Shown here in pieces: positions 42,474 to 56,346 of a stretch of DNA of 64,000 nt. The DNA lies in NCBI GenBank assembly GCA_012295275.1, contig CM022671.1:22382001-22446000 (forward strand). Reading direction: 5' to 3'. The notes under the pieces are model-generated. The model did no database searches. It worked only from the letters and a program-made list of their open reading frames with translations, and was not told the origin of the DNA. The first letter of the stretch is position 1. Every line of letters starts with the position of its first letter. Made by a program: the position numbers and the translations under genes. This DNA comes from Chrysomallon squamiferum (Eukaryota; Animalia; Mollusca).

Positions 42474-43079
42474 GAAATTGCCTCATATAACGTGTTTCTT
42501 ATTTCACGATATATTTTTGCAGTTATGATGTCTATTATCTATATCTAGAAATGCAACACAAAAATATTGTTAATTTCGTTATTGTGTTGTGGATTATAAG
42601 CAGTCTATAAAAATTATTATTTATTTTACACTATCACTTTAATAAAAAAAAAAAAAAAAAAACACATATAAATGATAGGATTACTATCATTATATTTTTT
42701 TAAAAATTATAATTATTTTACATTATAATTTACGCTAAAAATTATATTAAACATTACTCATTTAATTTTTGCAGTTACGACATTAGTTAACTTATTACAA
42801 TTTTACGATATAGAATACCTTATTACAATTTTGGAGTGATAATATTACATTTCATTAAAAACAAAACTCATTTCGCATTTAATTTTTATAGATATTACGT
42901 TCTGAATGAAAACATTACTTTAATCGCATTTTGTTTTCTCTGTGCAGTTTTAATACTGTAATGATATATTGTTTATTTTGTATTGTAAATCAACATTTAA
43001 GTAATTGAAAATGCGGTGTGTTATCTTGTTATGAGATACTGAAAATTGGGTTAATAATAAAGCAGGAAACGCGAACAGT

Positions 43080-43122
<43 letters not shown>

Positions 43123-43150
43123 TGTATTTATTTATTTATTGTTGCTGTAT

Positions 43151-43151
<1 letters not shown>

Positions 43152-43209
<58 letters not shown>

Positions 43210-43226
43210 TAATAATAATAATAATA

Positions 43227-43314
<88 letters not shown>
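43152..43314 (+). repeat. (AAT)n microsatellite
   Basis: Directly visible. Confidence 0.97.
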
Positions 43315-43315
<1 letters not shown>

Positions 43316-43624
43316 TATTATTGTCTTTATTGGAAATGATCTTATACATGAAAGGCCGCAAACCACAATTATCTAACTGTGAAGAGATCAAAAATAAAAA
43401 AATAAATATAAAAAAAATTAGAGTGATAGCTGTTGTTCTATTCCAGAACAATTGTACCCATGAACAATAAGCATTTTTTTAAAACTTATTTTCTACACTT
43501 CAGTAACTTCAGAAGTAATTATTTCAACAACAACCACACTAATAACAACAACAAGATCAACAACAATAATAACAACAGCGACAACAACAACAACAACAAA
43601 ATTAAACAAAAAACATCAAAATTC

Positions 43625-43659
<35 letters not shown>

Positions 43660-44099
43660 ACTCGATATATGGGTCAGACGATAATAGTTCCTATCACGTC
43701 AGATTCATATCACTTGGTATTTGTGATAAATATATTAGAAAAAGAAAAAAATGTATATTTATAATTAAAGAACTGTTTGAAATTTTCTTTTTCATTTGGT
43801 TACACAGTTTGAGATTTTTCGAAAAGAAATTTAAAAAAGAAAAAAAAAAGAATTCTAAATTATTACATTTGATTTCTTGGATAAATGCTGCTGAGAGTAA
43901 ATAGAAATATATTTTAATATAATAAGGATGCTTAAATTATTATTATTATTATTATTATCATCATCATCATTATCATCATTATTACATTTATCATTATTAA
44001 TATTATTATTAACATTATTTTTTTAGTGTTGTTATTAATTGTTAGTTACTTAATTATTTTATTTTATTATTTTTTATTTAATTTTATTTTTGACGTCAA

Positions 44100-44415
44100 A
44101 TAATAATGTACATTAATGAAATTTATACCGAATGAAATATGTTGAATGATAATGCTTACAAATGAAATATGTTGAATGATAATGCTTACAAATGAAATAT
44201 GTTGAATGATAATGGACGTTAATGACGTATTATTCAGAACGATAAAGTCCAGTAATGAAATTTTATGTTGAATGATAATGTTAATGAAGAATAATGATGA
44301 ATGATAATATACATTAATGAAATTTCTGAAGAATTATAGGGAATATTAAAAGATGTATGCTTAATGATAATGCATATTAATGGAAAATTACGTTGAACGA
44401 TAACACGGACCAATG
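44100..44415 (+). repeat. 30-bp minisatellite with decayed flanking units
   Basis: AATGAAATATGTTGAATGATAATGCTTACA at 44131 and 44161, variant at 44191; AATGA...GAAYGATAA remnants continue to ~44415. Confidence 0.9.
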
Positions 44416-45751
44416 TAATGTCAGCTTATTGAAATCTGAATGAAATTTTATTTGCTTGTCAAATTTGAACGTGTGTTGATTATTTAAGTTAAACTTTTAT
44501 CTGGATGTAATCTTATATGAAAAACAACATCAGCTGCATCTATAATCTTTTATAAATCAAAGCGCGAAAATCAAATTAAACGTGTTATTCAGAGTCATAT
44601 TAATAAATGATAAAATATAACAGACTATTAAATTTACATAACTATTACACGTCAAATTAAAAAATTAAAATAATAAATAAACAAATAAATAAATAAATAA
44701 ATAAATAAATAGATAGACAGATAAATAAATAAATAAATAAATATAAATTATTTTAAAAACCACAATAAAAAACATCATTAAATAAAAAATAAAATAAAAA
44801 TGGTAAAAAGAAATGATGTATTGCTTCATCTTTTTAATATGAAAATATTCAATATTGTATAATAAATGAATGAATGAGTGAATAAACAAATAAATACAGA
44901 AATAAATAAATAAATGTTTTTTTTGGGGGGGTTTGGTTGGGGTTTTTTTTGGGGGGGTTTCGTCCTATCTTACAGCCACAATTTAGATTCTGTGTTCATG
45001 GTGTTTACCTTTTTCGACGAAAATGAATTTGAAAAACGATTAACAAAATGAAAATAAAACTTAAGCTAACACAAACTAACAAATGAAATTAAATGAAAAT
45101 AAAACCAACTAAATATTCTGAAAGTATCTTTTTATTTTAAATTTATTGTTTTCTCACAGCTAATTTTCTTTTATTAAAAAAAAAAAATTAACATTCTTCT
45201 TTTTTTCTTCGTGTCATTATCAATATCATCAGTAACAACATCAACATCACCATCATCATTATCAACCACATCAACACCATCGTCAGAATTTTTGATTCTT
45301 CCTTGTTAACAAAACACAAACCATAAAACAGACTTTATTTCTCTCGATTACACTCACACACACCCCAAACGCAACTACTACACTGCACCCGTTCGCCGTG
45401 AAGACATCCTCTCCATCTCAAGTGTCACCATTCACCGTTAACCTGTAATTGTCACTCAATGGGTCTCGTGCAGGGAAGATTCATGTTTGCATGGGGACAC
45501 ACCACTTAATCATTTCTCATTAGAGACGATAATAACATACTAGACGACGCTACCTCCGAATTACTCCGATTTGCTCTGTAAAGGTTGTTATTTTTTTTTT
45601 TCTTTCTTTTTTTTTTTTTCTTTCTAAACGTTATTAGAAGGGTTGGGGTGATGTTTACTGTGTTGTACTGACACAGATTTTTTATTCTGCTTTTTTGGTA
45701 TTTTTGTTTTTATTATTTTTTTTTTTAAATGATTATTATTAATATTATTAT

Positions 45752-45800
<49 letters not shown>

Positions 45801-45811
45801 GCTGCTGCTGC

Positions 45812-45864
<53 letters not shown>

Positions 45865-46446
45865 CGGCCGAGAAACAAAATTCGAGTTCAATAACAAGAA
45901 CGTCATAAAAAAAAAAAACAGACAATACAAAACGGAGAATAGCATTACACTGTTTATCGAAGACTAACGGAAAAATCAAATACAGAAATAGTATAACTAT
46001 CTCAGCGCAACATATTTTACAAACACGTAACCAAAAATAAATTAAAACATAATAGTGTGGACATAAATTATGGACCATTTGTAGCTGTAATAATTTGTAA
46101 ATTGCAATTTATAATTACATTTTATTTTGTTGTTTTTTATTTTAATTAATTTTTGTTTTTTTCTTTTTTTTTCTTTCTTTATTTATTTATTCATTCATTT
46201 ATTTTTGTTTGTTTTTATTTTTTCATAGATTCACTTTATAATTTATATCTTGTTCACTTCAAAAAAAAAAAGTATTATAATTGTCCTTTGTTGTTCTAAG
46301 CAAAAAAATTAGAAACAACAAAAAAAGAAAAAAGAAGGGTGAAACAAGATCAGAGTATGAAACGAACATATGTATATGTATGTATGTATGTATGCATGTA
46401 TGCGTGCATGTATGTATGTATGAATGTATGTATGTATGTATGTATG

Positions 46447-46477
<31 letters not shown>

Positions 46478-46565
46478 GTATGTATGTATTGTATTGTATA
46501 ATTGAATTCAGGACATATGTTGGTATAATACTTCTTAGAAAGAAAAGCAAATCAATTTATTTCAA

Positions 46566-47152
46566 GTTCTGAAACCTTCTGTATTTAACACAACATACTT
46601 TAAAAAGAAGAACAAAATTAATGTGCCTTGATTTCTAATACTTACTATGGCTAGAACAATATACTTTAAAATGAAGAATAAATTGCTGAATTCTAAAATT
46701 TGCTCCGATCAAATACAAGATACATTAGGATGAAGAATGAAATTGTGGTTCCTTGGATTCTAAAACTTTCTATGTCTAACATAATTACTTTAAAATGAAG
46801 AAAAAAATTCTTGTTTCTAGAATTCTAAATCATTCTGTATCTAACACAATATACTTTAAAATGAAGGACAAAATTGTTGTTTCTTGAATTCTAAAACTTT
46901 CTGTATCTAACACAATATAGTTTAAAATGAAGAACAAAATTGTTGTTTCTTGAATTCTAAAACTTTCTGTATCTAACACAATATAGTTTAAAATGAAGAA
47001 CAAAATTGTTGTTTCTTGAATTCTAAAACTTTCTGTATCTAACACAATATACTTTAAAATGAAGAACAAAACTGTTGTTTACAGAATTCTAAAATGTCAC
47101 ATATCTAGCTCAAACTGAAGAACAACTTTGTTGTTTACTGAATTCTAAAACT
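46566..47152 (+). repeat. 66-bp minisatellite, ~9 copies
   Basis: Unit AATTCTAAAACTTTCTGTATCTAACACAATATAGTTTAAAATGAAGAACAAAATTGTTGTTTCTTG. Copies at ~46887-47085 are near identical and the outer ones are diverged; the 22-aa periodicity of ORF 46830-47069 confirms the period. Confidence 0.96.
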
Positions 47153-47159
47153 GGTGTAC

Positions 47160-47800
47160 TAAGCGTAATAAACTTTACAAAGAAGAACGGAATTGATTTC
47201 TAAGACTTGCTGTGTCCTTTCTGTTGGCGTCGTGCGGTCTGTCACTGTCAAAGTCCACGTCGCTTTCCTTCCAAGGTCGATGAGGCTGGTCGCGTTGTCA
47301 AGGACGGAAGAGTTGCTGGTATTCACAACAGTGACGCTATTCTTTGCCAGAAACCAACACAACAACGTATTTAGGAATTGGCGGCTGCTCTCTCCTTGTG
47401 TTTTTGTAAAGAAATACTTTTGTAGCTTCTTTGATCAGTGGTCTTCAAATGTTTGGCGCATTTTGTCTCTTGCTTCCGTGCAAATGGTCTTCTGTGGTGT
47501 TTGGCATATAATTCCCCAGTCCCTGGATTGTGGAGGATTAGAAGAGGATATGGTGTTTAGTCTTTGTTGGGTGTTGTTTTGGGTTTTTTTGAGATTTTGT
47601 CAAAAATATTTTGTCCTCTTATGCAGATTTTTTTGGGGTGGGTTTTGATGGATAATCTTCAGTTATTACATGGAATGTGTTAATGAATATATTCTTCTTC
47701 TGAGCTGGTCTGGGTGATGTCGCATTATCTTTGACCCTGATATTCATTCATGTTTTTGATATAATTTTGAAAACTGGTGCTTCAGAAATAATATTTAGAA
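47160..47800 (-). mobile_element. Possible decayed retroelement remnant (Penelope-like GIY-YIG region?)
   Basis: Complex sequence, A-rich on the minus strand. Open stretch 47556-47371 reads ..LILHNPGTGELYAKHHRRPFARKQETKCAKHLKTT.., loosely like the PLE C-x2-C-G-E-x-YIG..R..EH..KHL pattern. Key residues are degenerate. Confidence 0.25.
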
Positions 47801-49333
47801 TTCGCATTTACTTGCGTTTAGGAAATCAATCTTTGCTCGTGTTTTAAAGTGATATCAAAGAAACTATGTTTGAATACTGAGATTCAATGGTGTTCTACTC
47901 ATCTATTCAGAATGTATCATCTTCTGCACTAATTCTTTCATGTGACTCATTCTTTAACAGTATTTTGAAGAAAACAACAACAACAAAAAAAGAGAAAAGA
48001 AAGAGAAACCAATTTAAAATGTAAAACTTCAGTAACCACACACTAACAACTCGTTGAACAACAGCACGCTGGTGATATACGACTACAAACATTTGCAATA
48101 AATTTACTAACACGCTTATATTTCTTCTCCAACATAAATATTAAAAACCGTATATTTTTTTTTTTTTTTAAATAAGGTATGAAATTCCTTACATACACAT
48201 GCAAATATAGTTACCTTCTCTCCCTCGTTCAGCGCGTTTCGTATCCGCTTACGACAAAAAAAAAAAAAAAAAAAAATAGAGAAGTCGAAAAGAAAAGAAA
48301 AGAAATCAATTCATAAGTTATAAAACACACCCACGGACACGGGTATCAGACACGGCAGTAAATTTCAGCGCAAAGACACCGAGCCTGTCAGGTATATTCT
48401 AAAATATTGATCAGGCATCGAGAAATTGTCTCAAAACTCTGAGATTTACGACCTTGTCGTCGATGATTTCTAAAACCGTTTCTAAGAAAGGAACTCGAAA
48501 ACCATCTAGCCGATATCATCAGATATGCAATACATCTTTCCAAACAGAAGAAACGTAAAACTGAAAAAAAAAATAAAAAAATGACAACAAAAAAAAGCCC
48601 CATGCCATTACGAATTGATGCTATCATTAGGATTGTAAATTTGGAAGCGGTTCGTTGTTGTATTGTCGGCGCCAGCGAACGGTTTCTTTTGGTTAATTTA
48701 TTTAAGAAGTGTATTGTGTTTTAGAGCAGTTTACTGCAATACGGAATGATGGATATTAGCCAAAAGTATTTCATGTATGCTGAGGCTACATTCTTTGCAT
48801 TCATATATATAATAGAAAAAAAAGAGGTTCTTTTGATATGGAAACTGTTTTCAGAATCTTTACTAATCGCAATGCTTTTGTTCTTTTATTCTGATTGTTA
48901 CCGGGAAGAAAAAAAACAAAAACACAAAAAAAACAAAGAACGTCGTATGTACATTGTTTCATTCTAGAATGATAAAATATAATCTATTAATTTAATTCAT
49001 GACACATTCTAGAATCATCATATTGGTAAATTATTACTGAAATACGGTAATTATTTTCTTTAGAATAAATGTTTAATTCACACTGTTAATTTATTAATAA
49101 TCTAGTTTAAACTAATTTTGATTCACAAACATACGTATATACACACAGACCTACGTACATTCGTATATATACATACATACATACATACATACATACACGC
49201 ACATGTACAAAAATACCTATCCACCTACTAAATGTTGATATTAATATTACGTCTTCAGAAAAGAAAAAAAATAATTCAACATAATTATATCATTAATCAA
49301 TCAAATTTTAAAAAAGTAAAATATATCAACGTG

Positions 49334-49384
<51 letters not shown>

Positions 49385-50738
49385 TTTATTTCTTTCGAAG
49401 AATATTCTCTTTAACAGCTTCATCAGAACTTCTTGTCTCCGAAAATAAAGATTTAAGACCGTTTTCCATTTTTCAGTGATTACTTCTTTTTAAATGTCTG
49501 TCATTATTCACCGTTGTTTTATTTCCCCACAGGGAGAGAGGTTCCGAGTTTTCTAATGTCGTTATTAAGTGCCCGGGCATCACTGGCGAAGAGTCTGGTG
49601 ATGAAACGTAAAAAGGGATTCAATTTCGTGACCGTAATGCGTGCCAAATGTGTCGGTAATAAACATGAAAAGTCAATAGCGAAGTTAACACGTAGTTGCG
49701 AGCAATGAATAACAAAACGAGTAAGAGACGTCGACAAGCGTTGACTTTCTTTTGGTTTTCGGCTGCCGTCTCCCGACGCATGAAAAATGAGGCGCGTAAC
49801 GGCTTTCACACCGTGGAATGCAATTTACCAATGAATATTTACACCAATTGTCTTCGAGTTAACTTCAAATTTAGAGTTCCTGCGAGAGCTCCGTTTCGGA
49901 GCTGGGAACAATCAAAAGAACCGGCATTGAAGATTGCTGGGTCGCGTGTCCGAACCACATTTCCAACGTGAACGGAAGCATATGTCGTAATTTGCATGTA
50001 AGACCCTATTTCTCCAGTCATGCATGTGCTAATTGATTGTATCACTTCGGAGTCCGCTGGGGCGGTGGGGGAAAACAAACGGTACCGTGTTTCCCTCGGT
50101 TCCGAAATGATGGAAAGGTATCTTTTCTTTCTTTTCTTCGAATTATCCCCGTTGTATAGAATGATGACTTCTCTCGCCTTCTCGCGGGACAAACACGTTC
50201 GGCCATTGTGAAAAACGGCACTTCTAAGTTCAGATGTCTCGTGGGGGTTTAATGAAATTGACATCGTCAATTTCTCCTTTAACTTGTGTCATGATGTGCT
50301 TAAAAACAGAGCCTGCCAGTCCTTGGTGACTAAAACAATATATATGTGTTCGTGACTTGACGTCGTATGAAATGGAGAGAGAGAAAAAAAAAATAAAAAA
50401 GCGTCGAAACTTTTTGATTGCTTTTTGGGAGTTTTCTTGGTTCCCTGTGGACGGTTATGTTATAAATAACATTTATTATGTGGCCAAGTAGTTTGTTAAA
50501 CATTACTGTTATTATAAACTTAACAGATTTCTTTAAAATAAATATAGCAAATGCTGACTGTCTAATAGTATTTAAAGAAAGCCTAACCATTTTAACATTA
50601 ATGGTTATCAAGTGTTAGGAATGTAGTTGTTTTGCATGATGATATACTAGAAAAGAAAAACGCTGGTTATGTTTATCAGTCATTTACAGGCTCCTGTCCG
50701 TATGCAAAAACAAAAAACAAAAACAAAAACAAACAAAA

Positions 50739-50769
<31 letters not shown>

Positions 50770-50985
50770 ATATATTTAAAAAATGGTATGTGTATATATA
50801 TATATAAGAAGAAGAAGAATATAAAATTTTTTTTTTTTTATATAAGCCATACGCATTTTGTTTGGGAAAAAAACAACAAAAAACACAAAACAAATCACAT
50901 TAACGCATTCAGATGACTGCTTCAGCCTCTCACCATAATTACTGTAAACCCTCTAATATTCCACCACTACTTTTTAAATCTTAGA

Positions 50986-51016
<31 letters not shown>

Positions 51017-51286
51017 ACAAACAAACAAAAAAATAAAAAAATAAAAAAAACAAAAATTATAAATAAATAAACAATAAATCAAACAAACAGACACACAAAC
51101 AAATAAATAAACAAACAAAACAAAAAACAAACAAAATAAAACAAACAAAAAAAAAAAAACTAACTAACCATATAATAAATAAATAACCAAACGAACAGCA
51201 TACAATTTTCTGAATATATTTAGACTGTTTCTTCGTATCAGCGAAAGGTCCACTCTCAGTTCTGTGTCTATGTCTATGCAGTATTG

Positions 51287-51360
51287 GAAACACAGATCTA
51301 TCGGCAGAGCATGTTAACAGTAAGAAACACAGATCTATCGGCAGAGCATGTTAGCAGTAA
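51287..51360 (+). repeat. 37-bp tandem duplication
   Basis: GAAACACAGATCTATCGGCAGAGCATGTTARCAGTAA at 51287 and 51324, one mismatch. Confidence 0.96.
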
Positions 51361-51550
51361 ACATTAATTTCCTATGTTAATCCTGCGACGTTACCAGTGA
51401 AATAAACACGTTTGTAAACGGCGTCTGATCGAGATGGTCTTTTCATTCAGTGAAACTTTCTTTGGTTTTATCTTCACTTAGAGAAACGTAACGGGACTGG
51501 AAAGCGTTTCTGTTCAATGTAGATGTAACAACAACAACAACAACAACAAC

Positions 51551-51585
<35 letters not shown>

Positions 51586-51666
51586 TGATCATGATAATGA
51601 TGATGATAATAAAATAATAAATAATAATAATAATAATATAATATATATTATTATTATTATTATTAT

Positions 51667-51707
<41 letters not shown>

Positions 51708-52005
51708 ATACTAATACTACTACTACCATTACTATTATGAAATAACCACTACAGCCAAATGAAAACAAAAACAATATGTACAACAATTACAATAATAGTA
51801 AGAAAAAATGTAAAAACATAACAGAACAAAAAATATAATATAATATGTATATATATATATATATATATGTATACACACACAAACACACAATACATAAAGA
51901 TCAATATGTAAGTAAATGAACAAACAAAGAAAGAAAATATATAACAAAAAAAAACAAGAGAGAGAGAGATAGAAAGAGATTTAGAAAGATTTTAAAAAGG
52001 AAGAA

Positions 52006-52039
<34 letters not shown>

Positions 52040-52268
52040 TAGTGGTAGAAGAAATAAATACAAGGGGGAGAAAGAGATAAATGGAGAAGTAATATGTGAG
52101 TTTTGTCACCACGCACTTCTGATACGGCGACACGTTGCCTTGCGTAGCAGTCAATTAAATTCCTCAGTGTCTCGCTGTATAAACGCTGTCTGTCTGTCTG
52201 ATACATAAATTGCTTTCCGATTGCTTCTTTCTTAGTCGTCTTGTGTACAGATCCCGGCTGTTCTCACA

Positions 52269-52316
<48 letters not shown>

Positions 52317-52324
52317 TTCAGTGG

Positions 52325-52355
<31 letters not shown>

Positions 52356-52590
52356 CAATGTCTCGTCTGATTTTAATATTATTTTCTTTGGGATTAGTAA
52401 TTCCACGAGTCAAGATAAAGGAAGGAAGGAAGGAAGAAAGGATGAAAGGAAGGAAGGAAGGGATGACAAATTATTTGAATATTATTGTATTGGTCTGAAT
52501 ACTGTGGTATGCTCAGCTTTGTATATCACGGTGTATGTTTTGGTTTTTCAATTACGTACGCGTTGTTTAATGTGCGTGTGTACGTGTGTT

Positions 52591-52631
<41 letters not shown>

Positions 52632-52847
52632 ATGTTTATATATATGCGTATGTATACCTACTCAAGAGGAAGAAAGCACTATAGTATTTGATGCATTAAA
52701 CACAGATGACGGTCAGAACGGGAAATTAGTTGAGGAGAAATGATGCATTATTCTAACAGTGAGCTGTAACTCAGGTGACATCAGGTGAAAAAAATAGTCA
52801 GACTACTGATAAATCAACACCACTCTTGTAATAATAAAACATACACT

Positions 52848-52932
52848 GCGTTAATTTGGAAATACATCACATTACCCCGTGTGTTAATTTGGAAACACAT
52901 TAGACACGTAGTGTGTTAATTTGAAAATACAT
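52848..52932 (+). repeat. Three 20-bp direct repeats separated by dissimilar 12-13 bp spacers
   Basis: GYGTTAATTTGRAAAYACAT at 52848, 52881 and 52913; partial GTGTTAAT at 52954. Confidence 0.85.
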
Positions 52933-53922
52933 CATCTTTCTGCATCGCCATACGTGTTAATATCTTCGTGATTAACGGGAAGAAGAAAACAAAACAAAAA
53001 AAAACAAAAAAAAAAAAAAGAAAAAACAAAACAAACGCATAAAACATTAAGAAAACAAAAACTTTAAAAAAAAACCATATCGACCATTTTTTTTTTTTTT
53101 TTTTCTTCTTCTTCATAAAGCTTTCAGAAATTTGAGATTTCGCATTCGCATCCATTGCGTTTTCATTCGGAGACGGTCGTATTAAATTACGTCGCTGGTT
53201 TGCGTGGATTCGTGCGTAATCAATAATTAAACTTTCTCCTCGTGTCCATTTCGCATGAAATGCACTAACTGAAATTTACAACGCTCGTTCGTGTCTGTTT
53301 CAGTCTGCTTCTGGCCGCACCTTCAATGTTAGATCTTTATTACATGTTTCCGCGGAGACAACTTAAAGGCAAAAATACTGTTTCCTTTTGATACTCCGTG
53401 TTAAAAAAGAAAGGTCTCGAGATTTTAAGGGAGATTGGAGGGGAGGGGGCGATATATTTCTTCTTATTATATGTATATAAAAAAAAAGAAACAAGATAAA
53501 AAGAAAAAAAAAAAAAAGAAAAAGAAACAAACAAACAAACAAATAAATGATATATTATTATTATTATTATTATTATTAAAACCTACTAAACAGTGAGCAA
53601 AATATTCTAAAGATATATTAAATATTATAATGATATATATATATATTTATTTATTTTTATTAATTTACGTATTAATTCAAGAAGAATTCAGGCATTCTCA
53701 CTTTAATACTGACCACAGAAAAAAAAACAAAAAAAAACAACTAATACACGTCTGTCTCATTTTTAAAAAAAATTGTTGCATAAAGCATAATCATATTAAT
53801 TTATCCAACTGTTTGCAGAAGACATTCACACACATACATATGAATGTACCCACGCATACATGTAGACATCATATACAGACGAAGTATTAGACATTAACAA
53901 GATTTACTATGGACTATGCTAA

Positions 53923-53967
<45 letters not shown>

Positions 53968-54301
53968 CTAATTACTATTACTAAAAATCGACCCAAGAAG
54001 TATAAAACTTTGAAAATGTCAATACCAAATGCAAAGATTACTTTTAACAAAGCTATTGTTGAAGGCAGAATACATGTGGTCTCTCGTAAATAAATATTAA
54101 GTAACTCAGCAGGCTTAACCATAAAGAATGACGGGAAAATAAGAAAAAGGGGAAAAGAACAAAGGGAAAAAAAAAAAATAACTTACGTACACGTGAGTAC
54201 ATAATCCTATAAACAGTAAATATATAATACGCACACAAACACACTCACGCACGCACACAAATACATATACAGGGTATTTTGATAATCGTGAAGTATCACA
54301 A

Positions 54302-54442
54302 GGGAAGCGGGCAGTTTAGGAGTCAGAGGTTCAAGTCTCGTCAAAGGCACCCGACATTTGTTAGATCATGATTGGACTCGATTCTCAGTGCGCGCAGTCT
54401 AAATATACGTTTAAAAAGCCCAGAAATGTTTAATTAATACCA

Positions 54443-54515
<73 letters not shown>
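54302..54515 (+). mobile_element. tRNA-derived SINE-like element, copy B, with (CA)n tail (54445-54515)
   Basis: GCGGGC..GGTTCAAGTCTCGTCA (B box 54328-54337)..GACATTTGT..TGGACT, with the same order and spacing as copy C. Confidence 0.6.
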
Positions 54516-54519
<4 letters not shown>

Positions 54520-54588
54520 CAGTTATCCATCACGGACAAACTGCAAGAATGATATGGATCTTCTTTTTCCTTTTTACATTGCTCCGAC

Positions 54589-54623
<35 letters not shown>

Positions 54624-55554
54624 ACGTGTACGTACATTTCTTTTTTTTCAAAATAATCTATTGCTCGCTTCCAGACAAGAGATTATGCTACAAAAGAAGA
54701 CCAAGGTAATAAATTATTTACTCAAATTAATCGCTCTATTAACGTCCGAGGACAAGATTGGTTAATATTACAACCCTAATCACGTTCTCGGTGGCCGGGA
54801 TTGTAAATTTCTCTTAAAAAGACGAAACTGACAAATTGCAATACCTCCGTCATGTTTATGGTTATTAGCGACACAATGCGATGTAATTTTACGACAAAGC
54901 GCCGTGCTATGTGTGCGCGAATAATTATGAAAACAACCTTTGTTAGATTCGCTCGTCCAGGCAAACATTGCTGTATGATTATGTCAGTTTTGCCCATTTT
55001 TTCATTTTTTTTTTTTTTTTTTTTTTTTCCTTCGTGAATGTATTATAAAGCGATGGTTTTCAAGAAATGTAATTCACTTTAATGGCAAATAGGTTTCCTT
55101 TTGATGAAGAAATGGCGTTCATATGCACATAATTATCGGTATTAAAAAGCCTCTTGAGAAATTTTGTTAAAGATTCAGAATTAGCCTGAGAACTAAGTGT
55201 GTAGAGATGCGGTAAATGATCAAAGTTGTTTCCTATACACATATCACGTCTTTCACAATTTTCTTGTTTATTAGTCTTTGTTTGACGTTTTTCGTTTTCT
55301 CTTTCAGATTTTTTTGCGTTTTCCTCTTTGTCATCTTTCGTCTTTATTTACTTAATTCTTCTCTTTTATAATTATTTTACGTTTTTATATATATTTATTT
55401 TATAGAATTATGAAAGCACTTTTTTACTTTTAGTAATCTTTTCATAATTTCGTTCACTTTATATTTCTGATTATCATTATTCTTGTATCTTAGCTGTCTT
55501 GTACTCTCAAGTTTCATTTCTCTCTGTAAACGTAATTTAGCCTATAGACCCAGA

Positions 55555-55558
<4 letters not shown>

Positions 55559-55642
<84 letters not shown>
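55559..55642 (+). repeat. (CT)n microsatellite
   Basis: Directly visible. Confidence 0.98.
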
Positions 55643-55645
<3 letters not shown>

Positions 55646-56284
55646 ATAGCATCATCAATATCAATGACGCGATTAAATATATATATATATATATATATTC
55701 CAATCTGTGTTCTAATGCGCGTGAACTCGCACATACAAAAAACCTCTGTAACAATCAGTGACAACCACTTCACACACTGACTGAAAAAAAAAAAAAAATC
55801 CACACTAGACTTCATTCTCTCCTTAATGTTTTGTTCCCAAATTATTCTTTTCGTCAATGCCCAGGTCCGAGAAAACCATCAAAGACTTCGCGTGGACCAT
55901 ACGCTCCGTCCTCTTGTTCCATTGTTTGCTACAAACCGATACATTTCCGTCTGAAGCATCTGGACAAAAGATGCCGTCCGACTGGAGTCGGAACGTATTA
56001 CTCTCTTGTGACGTCATAATGGCTCCAAGACGAGGCTTTTTCCAGACGTAGAGTCCTAAATCAACTTGGTAATGAAAGGCGCCGCGGTGCTTGGCGTGTA
56101 TACCCGTACACGGGGCAGAGGATTGTGAAAAGGGGACGGGTAGTTAGAAGATGAAAGGGGTGTGAGTGGGGTATTAGTCGTATTAGCGGGATCAGTGCGG
56201 GTATCTGAATAAATATTAGTTTCCGTCAGTTAGCCAGATGGGGTTGTGTTTTCTCAGCTACACGTGCACGATCCCGATCTTGAT

Positions 56285-56346
56285 CCAGTAGTAGTTGTAG
56301 TGTCAGGTGTCATTCGTCAGGTTAAGGGTTCAAATCCTGACACTGG
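56285..56346 (+). other. tRNA-like/Pol III B-box element
   Basis: Perfect GGTTCAAATCC 56327-56337 enclosed by the 9-bp inverted repeat AGTGTCAGG/CCTGACACT; no full cloverleaf. Confidence 0.35.

Noticed and set aside
46830-47069. ORF with a 22-aa repeat (FFILNYIVLDTESFRIQETTIL)
   Set aside because: By-product of the 66-bp minisatellite; the outer units break the frame.
49839-50270. 143-aa minus-strand ORF in a CpG island (likewise 31462-31890 and 61151-61537)
   Set aside because: No recognisable domain, non-ATG starts and no supporting splice structure; lengths are compatible with chance in GC-richer blocks.
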